Below are positions 13,330 through 24,620 of a stretch of 64,000 nucleotides of DNA, in pieces. How positions within the stretch are numbered: position 1 is the first letter of the stretch; every line of letters begins with the position of its first letter. A program made the translations under genes and the position numbers. Source of the stretch: Octopus sinensis (Eukaryota); NCBI RefSeq assembly GCF_006345805.1, contig NC_042997.1, positions 94,550,001-94,614,000 of the forward strand, written 5' to 3'. The notes beneath the pieces are model-generated. The model made no database searches. It was given only the letters and a program-made list of their open reading frames with translations, and was not told the DNA's origin.

Positions 13330-14092
13330 ACTCAATTAAGATGGCTATGTGAAGCTACTGGAGACAGTGATCAAAACTTGACTGGAGAGGGTTGCTGGTG
13401 GCAGGCAATGTGTGTAGTAGCAGGATTCGGCTCCGTTCCATGATTCGAGAAAGTGAGAGAAGAGGTTGCCGCAAAATTTCTACGTCTTCATCACCCGTGG
13501 AGGCACATGGCCTAGTGGTTAGAGCAGCAGACTCGCGGTCTAATCTCAGACCGGGCGATGTGTGTGTTTAGGAGCGAAATACCTAAGCTCCACGCGGCTC
13601 CGGCAGAAGGTAATGGTGAACCTCTGCTGACTCTTTCGCCTCAAATTTCTATCACTCTTTCCACCGTCCAGGTGGGGGAACATATACGCCAAAGAAACCG
13701 GGAAACCGGCCCTTATGAGCCAGGCGTGGCTCGAGAAGGAACAACAGACAACTTCATCACCCCCAGGTTTTGGCATTCTATTTCACACTCAATTGTAATA
13801 ACATAGATTACTATATGTGGGGTGCAGTTGAGAAATGCAGTAATTGCTCTACTTGCAATACCAAGGCCGCACTTTTGGTCGAAAATGTCAGGAACGCAAT
13901 CAAGATCACATGTGCCAGATTCTGGAACTGTTTTCAGGCCGTGATGGAAGATAAAAGCGGCTAATGTGAGCAAACTGTTATTTCCCGGGCATAATCGTTT
14001 TGATTTCTTAAATAATTTTATTATGTTGGGATTGGATATTGCGTATTCTTTTTCCATTTAAACAAAGGTCAAATCTAGATGGAACTCGCTGT
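13330..14092 (+). mobile_element. Decayed IS630-Tc1-mariner transposon (maT/DD37D-like), catalytic C-terminal part, interrupted by a SINE
   Basis: LERVAGGR..QDSAPFH, FITPRFW, NCNNIDYYMWGAVE and CARFWNCFQAVME resemble the QQDSAPxH...WPPNSPDxNPLDYxVWG motifs. Confidence 0.75.
13497..13751 (+). mobile_element. tRNA-derived SINE family C with an 11-bp target-site duplication
   Basis: A-box-like head TGGCCTAGTGGTTAGAGC; CTTCATCACCC is repeated at 13486-13496 and 13752-13762; a related copy lies at about 56538. Confidence 0.88.
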
Positions 14093-14103
14093 ACAAACAC
14101 ACA

Positions 14104-15484
14104 CTAGTAATGTTTCCCGGCGTTGCCCGGGTGTTATAGCATACAATCATATAACTTTATTTGTTCCTTTCTTATTGGCAGAATCAGATATATAAGGAAT
14201 TGGATTACTGGCGTAATGGAAGTTATTGTTTGCTTAAAACTGGAGGGGAAGGATACAATTTGTATGGGTTTGCATGAAAGTGCTTTCTGTTATTAAAAAG
14301 GATCACAAACTATTTATTGTTTCATCGTATTAAAGGGAGTTAATACGATTTAGCTATGAAATCACGTTGTTTTAAGTCTTAGTTTCCCTCCCGTCCCAAC
14401 CGCAATTTCTTAATTTGTAACAGTTTACAATTATTTTTTATCCATGTAGAAATATACAGAGATTACGAATCTGGGAAATATATTTTTTTGTTAAGTTTTA
14501 ATTTTCCTTAAAGAAACACTCACTGTCCCTTCACCCACCTTGCATACCCATCAGCTACCCGCTTTATAAAAGCTAACAACACACAATGTTTCACTTTCGT
14601 TTGATGTTTGACGCATGCGTAGAATTGTACTGAAATAGTTGACGTAAAAAATATTAGAACACCACCAGAAAACCTGACATGCTAGAAGCAACGAATAAAC
14701 GACATTATTTCTGAAGAATCTTACCCGCTTGCCAAAAAGTTAAAAGTGAATCATTGAGAGTTTGTGGCTTTTTGAAAGTGGGTAGGTGATAGGGTGGATA
14801 TTTTAGTATAATATTTAAGAAAGAAGAAAATTATCAAAAATTCGAACTCACCGTTTTTTCTCCGTGGATTACCAAGAATAAATATTCGAAAAAACTAAGT
14901 AATGAAGAAATTGGGATGGGGATGGAGAAAATTAATATATTGAGAACGTGTTTTGGGGCGAAATCCTAATCTTATTAAAAACCTAGGAATTGGAAGAAAT
15001 TTAGGAAAAAATAATCAGCGGGGTATAGGGGTAGATGTCAGCTTGAGCATGCTAGAAACAGCAGGTAAAGGACAGGTTTTTGAATACATTCATCACAAAC
15101 ACGTATTACAGAATAGAAAAAGGTGATTTCAGTTAGATTTGAGCAGTAATTTTGCGTGTGCACATATCTAGAAATAAGATACAGAAGTTTTACCTGGAGT
15201 ATTTGTATGCGTGTGCGCATGTGTGCATGTGCGTGTGCGTGCGTGTGGAAATTATTTTATGACATTCTTTCGCTTGAAGTAAGAAAGTGGTCGACTCAAT
15301 CATGTGGTCGATCATATTTTTTTACTCCTTTATATTTTGAAGAGAGCAGAAATTGAAAGAGAAGAGAAAGTGAAAACTGACATTTGCTTTGAAGTGAAAA
15401 CAGAAAGTTAAAAAGCGGAGAAAGATGTATGTACGTATATATGAAATGGACGTGTGTTTTTGTCTCCTTTTTGCGTATGTGCGT

Positions 15485-15525
<41 letters not shown>

Positions 15526-16770
15526 TGTGTGGAGATGTTTGTTATCATGTGTGCATTTTTTGCATGTATTTGTAAGTGGCAATCACATTCCCTACACCCT
15601 CTCTCTCTCTCACACACACATTATATTTCATATAAACGTATATAAATACATATGAATACATCTTTTTTGTATGTATGTGTGTTTGTGCATGTGAGAAAAA
15701 AGTGAGTGACTGTATTTTCCTATAACATATAAAGAAATGGTTGTCTTTTCAAGTACACACTCATATAGAAAATTTGACGTCGTCGTCGTCGTGGTATAAA
15801 ATGTTGTTTAGGATAGTTGAATTATAGAAAGATTAGAATATGAAATTTTTGTAAAGCAAATATGAAATGCAATATAAAGTTCATTTGTTAGCCGAAAGAT
15901 TACTGAATCTTTTGGTACCTCATAGTCAAATTTGGAAACTCAGTTCTCGAATGTATTCGTTAATTTTCGTATTTTTTTTTATTTCTTTATGATTTGAAGA
16001 GAGTAGAATTGAAAAGGCAGACAAAGTGACACCGTGACATTTGTTGGAATTGCGGGCTGAGAATGAAAGAGAGGAAAAAGTGAAAGATGTATGTATGTGT
16101 ATAGGAAATGGACGTGTGTGTGTGCGTAGTGTGTGTGTGTGTGTGCGTAGTGTGTGTGTGTGCGTAGTGTGTGTGTGTGCGTAGTGTGTGTGTGTGCGTA
16201 GTGTGTGTGTGTGCGTAGTGTGTGTGTGTGCGTAGTGTGTGTGTGGGCGTGTGAGAGAGAGAGAAAGAGAGAGCGAATGAGTGAAGATGTGTGTTGTCAT
16301 GTATGTGTCAGTAGCACTCACTCGTTCTCTCTCTGTCTTATGCACACATCTTTCATATACACACATACATAAATACATATGCATACATCTTTTTTGTATA
16401 TATTTGTGCGAGTGCCTGTGCATGTGAGAGAGAGGGAGAGAGTGAGTGTGACTGTATTTCCTCTGAACAATATAGAGAAATGGATGTCTTTTAAGGCGCA
16501 CACCCTTATAGAAAGTGTATCGTCGTCGTTGTTGCCGACGTTGTATAAAATGCTTACGATAGTTGACTTATAGGAAAGATTATAATGTAAAATTTTTGTA
16601 ATGCAAATATGTAAATGAAAATAAGGTTTACTTGGTACACGTAAGATTGTTGAATCTTTTGATACCCCATACCTCAAAATCGGTAACTCAGTTTTTGAAT
16701 GCACAAGGAAGATACTCTCGCCCGCGCGCACACACACACACAGACACAGTCTCTGCCCTATATATGGAAG
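14104..16770 (-). mobile_element. Probable non-autonomous Helitron (3' end clear, 5' extent inferred)
   Basis: The minus strand ends with the hairpin CCCGGGCAACGCCGGG then ...CTAG|T, like the 53951 element. It contains a diverged tandem duplication (about 15340-15945 vs 15995-16695). Confidence 0.55.
16112..16245. repeat. Minisatellite of about 17-bp units, (GT)nGCGTA
   Basis: About 7 tandem units. Confidence 0.9.
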
Positions 16771-17838
16771 TGTCTTTGTCTGTCGTTTTCTCTGTCTGTC
16801 TCTCACATTCTCTGTGTCTATCTCTTCTTGTCTTCTCCCTTCCCCAAATATCAGCCACCTTCATTATGCCACATTTCCCTGAACCTGACACTTTTGCAGC
16901 CCTTTAATTTTATTATGTAATAGTCCAACTTCTCTAGCCGCTCCATTATCAACTTTTCTTGAAAGCCTATGATTGAACTGGATGTTAGTTCAACATGTAA
17001 AGAAAATTTAGTGAAGATTGGTTCCATGGTTTAGGTACCAAGATGGTAACAGCCAGACAGAGAGACAGAAATTGCCATTTATATATAAGATGCCATCAGA
17101 GAAAAACATTTGGAAGTAGACTGCTATGGAGAATGACGATTCAGAGTATGACCAACTTGAGAATAAAAAGATGCAAAGAAACGAAAAGAAATAGCCATTT
17201 CTAGCATAAGCACAATATAAAACATTTGGGTTAAACTGTTTGTTGATCATACTTACTCGAGAACTTGACTGAGTTTTGTTTTCTATCGATTCTCAAAAGA
17301 TGAAGTCAAATTTGACCCCAGAAAGATTGGAACTCAGCATATGGAGTACCGAACTATTGATTACAGTCCATGTTGTCCGATACTCATAACAATTTGAAGC
17401 GCTGACGAGAGACATTATAGGTGGCTTATTTAACAGTAACAAAAGAGAAAACAGGGAATAAATGAAATGGGAAACAAGAGAGGACAGCTATATTGCCAGA
17501 GAATAGAATATGAGAAGAGTTAGGTATTTAGAAATTAGAAAACGAATAAGCCGACATTTGAGATCTATTATGAGAAAGAAATAAGGAAAGCAATGAAATA
17601 ACTAGCAAATAAAAATAATGTATCATATGGAAAAAAGACAGACTGAATGAAAGTAAACATAGCGTGTGAGTAAAACTGAATGAAACAGAGATTGGACTTT
17701 TGGGATAGAAAGAAACAATAAACCTTATGGGGTACAAAGTAAAAATCTGATAATGAGTGAAACAAGAGAATATGCGATTAAAGGTGGGACTATTATGATA
17801 AATAAAGTATCATTGGGTGTTTAGTGACAAGATATGTG

Positions 17839-17886
<48 letters not shown>

Positions 17887-20250
17887 TAAGAAAGAATGAG
17901 GGGGAATGTGGAAGAAAGAAAGGGAGAGAAGGAGAGAGAACAAAAGATAATATATTATTTCATTAATCAATTTCCATTGTGTTTAATGAAGGTAGTAACT
18001 AACAATATATTCATTTAAACAAACCACCTGTTTTCAGAATTAGAATCAGTCATTAATTCACATGATTGAATGAATTGGTAGCCGTGCAATAATCTGTAGA
18101 CAGTACGCATACGTAATACGAAAATAGTATCAAAATATTCAATGTTTTAAATCATTATCACAAATATATATTTCTTTATCTTTTATTACTGTGATTACCT
18201 AAATGTAAAGTAATCGCAAATTAATAACTAAATATCAGAATACATAATTAATTACAGAATGTAATTAGGTTTGTCCTCATACTATTTTTGTGTGAGATGA
18301 AATATAAAGAAACAGGTAGGCAAATAAGTAAAAGGAATGAAACGATGATGCATCGTGTATATGTTGTTGTATGAATTTAGCAATTGCAAATAAAATTCTA
18401 TGTTCGCACTCGAGGGCAGACACACACGCATACAAACATACATACATGTATATGTGTATACACGTAAATATTGAACAAGGAGAATGAGTACTCAACCGCT
18501 TTGGTGAATAAAGATTCGTTTTTTGTGTATTAAGGCTACCATTGGATTCATGTTAAGAAATATTTGAACAAACCTTCAAGCTGTCTCCATTGGATTAATT
18601 CAAAATGGAGTTGGTATGTGATCGGCTTGAAGAAGGTTGAGATATTTATGATTAAACCAATGGCAGACTTCACACACACACACACACACACCACACACAC
18701 ACACACACACACATATAGATATGGTATATTCTGTTAAGAACATAGCAGAGTACAGTATAAAGCCCGTCCACCTTCAGATTTACTTTGTGCTATCCAGTAG
18801 TAGTATCATATGTACTTCCAGGTTTGTGTTTGGGCATCTGTAGTGTGTGAATAGATAACTGAAAAAATTGAAGCCAAGAAGAAGGAGTACGGTTGAACAT
18901 TTATTTTTTAATCACCACATTTGTTTCCACGCAGCGTAGTTCCCCATCTGTGCAGGTATTTGGTTATGCAACTGTTTCCCTGCATTATGAGATCTAGTCG
19001 TGTTTGCTCATGCGATATGTAAATATTGTCTCTATAAGTTCAAATTCTCAGCATCAACAATATCCTCTCTCTCTCTGTCGTGGCCTCAGTTTAGTAGTAT
19101 TCACTGAGTTTATTAGGGTGTGTTGTTGCTGAAGGCCCGTTTGCAACCTGCTTTCAATGTGCAGATATAGTAGGACAGTGATTCCGTTAAAGTGTTAGAG
19201 TGGTTGCTGTTTTAAAGGGATTGGCATTTGATTTCTTTGTACTGCTGATTTGATCTTCATGGTTGGTTGCACATGCAATTGTCCTTATCTGACCTTTAAG
19301 ATCCAGCCTACACATACACATACATGTTCGGTCACATCCACATACACACACATATACGGATATGTACGTGCACTGAAATATATATACAAATATAGGTACA
19401 AACATACACATGTGCACACGTATACATGCACATATGCGAATGCATGTATACACACATACGCACACACATACACATATATGTAGATAGATACATACATTCA
19501 TCCATACTAAACACGCGGCCAGGCACGCATACGTATACATAAAAACACAGCCCGACACATACACATATGGATAAGGGGAAGAGAAGAAGAAGAGAGTTCA
19601 ATGAATTATTGTTATTATTTCACTGTGCTGAATATGGCACTGTAGCAACATTTTGGTATTTTCTCAGCATGCTTGTTTACGAAGTTTTCGTTACTGAACA
19701 GAATGCATAAAGCTTCTTAAAGCCACAGGTCACATACTCTGGATAATGTATTATATGGGTGTGCATTTTTCTTATTATTGACCATTCTCTTTCATATTTT
19801 ATTCTTACTTCTTTTAATCTCCGTATTAGGTCCTCAAGAGATATTGCGTGTCGTCAGCTTATCTTGCGGCACGAGGAGATATGGTTGCGCTAACGGACCT
19901 TAATTGGCTTTTTGAAAGCTCCTACGTATGCATTCGTTCTGGTCTAACGACCCTCCATGTTTGTTTTCGTTTAATATATATTAATTTAAACTTGCTTGGA
20001 AATGGATGCGTGGCCTTCAATCATATAATAATATACATAAAAAATATATATGCATATATATATACATATATATATATATACACACACATATATATATATA
20101 TATACATAAATATATATGTATCTCTGACTTCTCAGAGTTTTGTATGCTGGACTACTGGTTTTAAATTGATATTAAAATTAATATTAATTTATCTCCTTCA
20201 TTATTTAAATGTATATATATATATATATATATATATATTATGTATGTATG

Positions 20251-20284
<34 letters not shown>

Positions 20285-20326
20285 TGTATGTATGTACGTA
20301 TGTATGTATGTATGTATGTATGTATG

Positions 20327-20373
<47 letters not shown>

Positions 20374-20385
20374 ATATATATATAT

Positions 20386-21277
20386 GATTGATTGATTGAT
20401 TGATTGTTTGATTCTAGTTTCAGCTCACGAGCTGTGGCCATGCTGGGGCACCGCCATTTGGTGTTGCTACATGGTTTTACTTCACGAATGCTTTTTAGCA
20501 ACTGCCATTTGGTGCATGAGAGAGTTCGATGCAGCTGCCCTCATCTGGGATACCTGACAAGAAGAGATCCAGTTTCATTTTAAAGACATCTGCATCCACC
20601 CCATGCAGGTCTCTTAGGTTCTTCGGGAGGATATTGAAGAGCTGTGGGCCTCGGAAGCCCAGGCTATCACAGTATCTTGTCCTACATCTTGATGGCAAAT
20701 TTGGAGTCCTCGGCACCATGCAGTGGCGCCCAGTTCTGGCATTTGTGTAATTCTCGATGCCAAAGTTTGGGACAGGTCCTTCCAAGATTTTCCAGATGTA
20801 TATTATGGCATATCTTTCTCGCCTACTCTCCAAGGAATAGAGATTTAATCTCTTGAGTCTTTCCCAGTAGCTTATATTCTGCACAGAGGCTATCTTCTTC
20901 GTGTAGCTACGTTGGATCGCCTCAAGTTCTGTGATCAACTTGACACTGGATGGTGACCATAGCTGAGAGCAATAGTCAAAGTGGCTTAGGACAAGTGTCC
21001 TCCAGAGGACCATATTGGTTTCTTGTTCTCTTGTCCTAAGGGTTCTAAGAATCCATCCGGCCAGTCGTCTACATTTCATTGCCAATTTAGCAACATGTAC
21101 ACGAAAGGTTGCGTCATCACTCATGTAAATACCCAGGTCACGCACTGATTGTGCCTCTGGGATTGGAATCCCTCCGGGTCCAGTGTATTCATTGGGTATT
21201 GCATTTAGTTTTGCATGCTGATAGCATAAAGCTTGATACTTTTCAGCATTGAACTGCATGCTATTCTTTTCAGCCCA
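20386..21277 (-). mobile_element. 5'-truncated CR1-clade LINE (RT C-terminus, 3' UTR, (CAAT)n tail)
   Basis: ORF 20495..21259 has MQFNAEK, VRDLGI, LVLSHFDYCSQLWSP, LEAIQR, SYWERLKRLNLYSLESRRER and LFNILP, typical of CR1 ORF2. The 3' end is a tetranucleotide tail and the 5' end abuts (TA)n. Confidence 0.93.
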
Positions 21278-21280
21278 TAT

Positions 21281-21353
<73 letters not shown>

Positions 21354-21704
21354 TTCTTACCATTATATTATATTCGGTTATCTGGCTATTAAATAATGGT
21401 AACATATTAATTTAGAGCTAAATTTCATCTATTTACGTAATATTGAGGTCTCTTCTTTCTTTCTTTTGTTATCTTACTGTTCTTACCAATATATATATAT
21501 ATATATAAAGTGAGAGTTTACGAAAATAAACAGAAGACGAAGGCAGGTGGTGTACAAACAGATGTATTAGTATAGCGCTCAAGAATAGAATAATTCTTTT
21601 ACGTATATATATATATATATATATACATATATATACACACATATATGCATATATATATATATATATATACATATATATATACACATATATATATACACAC
21701 GCAC

Positions 21705-21735
<31 letters not shown>

Positions 21736-21948
21736 TATTATATACATATATATATATACATATATATACACATAAATATACATATATATACATATATATA
21801 CACATAAATATACATATATATACATATATATATATACATATATATACATATATATATATATAATATACATATATATACATATATAATATACACATATATA
21901 TACACATATATATACACATATATAACATATATATACACATATATACAC

Positions 21949-21988
<40 letters not shown>

Positions 21989-22091
21989 ACATATATCTAT
22001 ATACATATATCTATATACATATATATATTATATATATATATATATATTATATATATACACATATATATATACATACATATATATACATATA

Positions 22092-22144
<53 letters not shown>
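21278..22144. repeat. Long degenerate (TA)n/(TATACA)n array with two short non-repetitive islands
   Basis: Direct read; islands at 21351-21490 and 21508-21603. Confidence 0.9.
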
Positions 22145-22554
22145 GGGTACAGGGCGTCACAACATGTGAAGAACATGAAATACGAAGACAAACATGGGTA
22201 TACGAACAACGAGAGAAACAATGGAAAGCAAGACAAGCAGCATAAAGAACGACTCTTCATCAGTTTTCGGCTGTCCAGCAAATCCTCATTTCGAGCAATT
22301 AACGACAACATGAGGCTTCGAAAGACTGTTGGTCCCGCGAACCAAAATATAATTTGAGATTTGAGGAGGGTCAAAGGTGGAAACAAAAACAGGACAGTGG
22401 AGACATACAACAAAACAAACGAAAACAAACGTGGAGGGCCGTTAGGTCAGACAATGTACGGTAGTGAACGGTGGAGGAATATTGTCTTTGACAAGAGAAG
22501 AGATGGAAGAAAAGTCAGATAAGAATGCGTCTGCTCTGTAAGACAGACTGAAAG
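22145..22554. mobile_element. (TA)n-flanked interspersed repeat of about 410 bp, homologous to 49491-49916
   Basis: Collinear shared blocks: ACAGG.CGTC, AAATACGAA, TTCATCAGTT.T.GGCTGT, ATTTCGAGCA, ACAAAAACAGGACAG, AAGAATGCGTCT. Confidence 0.8.
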
Positions 22555-22586
<32 letters not shown>

Positions 22587-23214
22587 ATGATTTAGATTCA
22601 GTTTAATCAGGTACTTAGTTGAAGCACCAAGTCAGTGCGGTATTTTCCGTACATCTCAGTGTAAGTTGAATAAAATCAAAATAAGCAATAGCATATCAAA
22701 ATGTGATCAGTTCGAGCGTTTCAAGCGGCTCCATTTCAATAAACAACGCTATCATTACATCGATTTAAATGCAGGGTTATCTTCAGCTGCATAAATGAAT
22801 TGAAGTTTTAATCAGTTGTACACATTCATACAATTTTACTCAATTTCTCTAACAGAGCAAGAAGAGGGAAAGAGTCCATGTTGCTACTAATGTAGCTAAG
22901 AATATACTACGCTTCTAAGAACTGTATGAAATTTGTTAGGGTCATAGTTTGTAACGGACTGTGGTTCATTTATAATTTATTAGTCTTTTTTTATCAACTA
23001 CCAAATCTAAGGCTAGAGGACAGTGTCTGTTTAGAATGGAGGTCATGATTGTGTTGACAGTTTATAGTTGGGTATATCATAAATATTGTCATGATTTTAG
23101 GATTTGTATAGATAACTGTATATAAATGAGGCTAGGTAGGGGATGCTAATTACCATTTAATGAGGCAAGACGCTTATAAAACATAGGTTTTATTAGCGTC
23201 TTGTTCTTTTAACT

Positions 23215-23385
23215 GGACAAAATGCTTAGCAGTATTTCGCCCGTCGCTATGTTGTGAGTTCAAAATCCGCTGAAGTCGACTTTGCTTTTCATCCTTTCGG
23301 AGTCAATAAATTAAGTACCAATCATGTGATCGATTTTCCCCCTCCCTACAAAAATCCAGGTCTTGTGACTATCGTAGACAAGATT
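23215..23385 (+). mobile_element. SINE family B
   Basis: AAATGCTTAGC...GAGTTCAAAATCCGC...GTCGACTTTGCTTTTCATCCTTTCGG...TAAATTAAGTACCA matches the copy at 32032. Confidence 0.85.
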
Positions 23386-23931
23386 ACGTTATTATTATTA
23401 CTGTTATTCTTATTGTGTGAGAGAGCTGTGCATGCCATGAAAGTGATACTGGGGTAAAATTATACGAAGCACAATATACCAATTATGACTACCCATCTGA
23501 TAAGGGTACACCAGGCGTCACAATCCTATGTGCGCAACATAGTGGTCTAATATCAAGATCAACAGCGCATTGCCTTGCAGGTTGAGAAGCCCATCCTGCT
23601 CAAAAGGTCAGTGAATAAGGTTTGCTTGAGGATGATGAACAAAACACCCATGATTCCAAAGGAGAATTATCCAAACCCCAGAGAATTCCTCTCAATACAT
23701 GGCTATGATGCTCCCCCACTACTTCTGCTCATGATCAGAGATGCACATATCATCAGCCACCAAGGTACATGCTCAACTGGTTAAGATCAAACAAATGACA
23801 AGCAAATCAGTGGTACTGAGCAGAATATTTACTGTAGCCTATCTTTTATACCAAGACAAAACGATGTACATGATAGCACTTCCAATCAGTTAAGATCAGA
23901 AACCATGAGAAGTACTGCCTGATCTTGCTAC

Positions 23932-23981
23932 TGTTGTTGTTGTTTTTGTTGTTGCTGCTTTTGTTGTTGTTGTTGTTGTTG

Positions 23982-24062
<81 letters not shown>
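23932..24062. repeat. (GTT)n-(ATT)n microsatellite
   Basis: Direct read. Confidence 0.95.
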
Positions 24063-24064
<2 letters not shown>

Positions 24065-24065
<1 letters not shown>

Positions 24066-24620
24066 CGATGAACTGGTTGAATCGTTATTGCTCAAAAAAG
24101 ACAAATACTTGGTTTCTTCTGTCACTAAATCTCGTCGAGATCAACTTTGCAGGCTTTTCGGATTGAAAAAATAAATACCACACGAACATTGGAGTCGAGA
24201 CAATCAACACGACCCTGTTTCCCATAAAAAATATCAGGCGTTACGCTCTTTACTTTGGGAGTTCCAATCCCGCCCAGGTCAAATTTTCTTTTTATGTTTC
24301 TTCTTATGTTTTCTTTTATTCCTTCCATCCGAAAGATGGAAAGGATATTGGGTGGTGGCCACGGATTTGGAAAGACACGTCAAAACGGTAGAGGAGTAGG
24401 GGCCGAAACCAGACGTGGTTCCCCCTGGTGATGTCTTGAGCTAACTGGATCCTATAAAAGGGCTGTTGTGGTAGCAGACCACGAAACACGGTTGTAATTC
24501 CCCGAATCGATAAAATTAAGTAGCGGTGAAGTAGTGGGGTGATGTGGAAGGGCTTATAATCAACTTGCCCCTATCTCGCTAAAAGTGCGTGTCTTTATCC
24601 TTCAATTTGAAAGCATTATC
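24065..24620 (+). mobile_element. Composite/dimeric SINE B derivative with an insertion, paralogous to 29396-29710
   Basis: Shares distinctive derived sequence (AAATCTCGTCGAGATC...AAATATCAGGCGTTACGCTCTTTACTT; CCCTATCTCGCTAA...CCTTCAATTTGAAA). Confidence 0.75.

Noticed and set aside
16112-16245. Regularly spaced repeats suggestive of a CRISPR array
   Set aside because: No unique spacers, eukaryotic context, no cas genes; simple minisatellite.
23415-23925. GC-richer block of about 500 bp, possible snRNA or SINE
   Set aside because: No match to snRNAs I know and only one copy in the window; probably an interspersed repeat but cannot be supported here.
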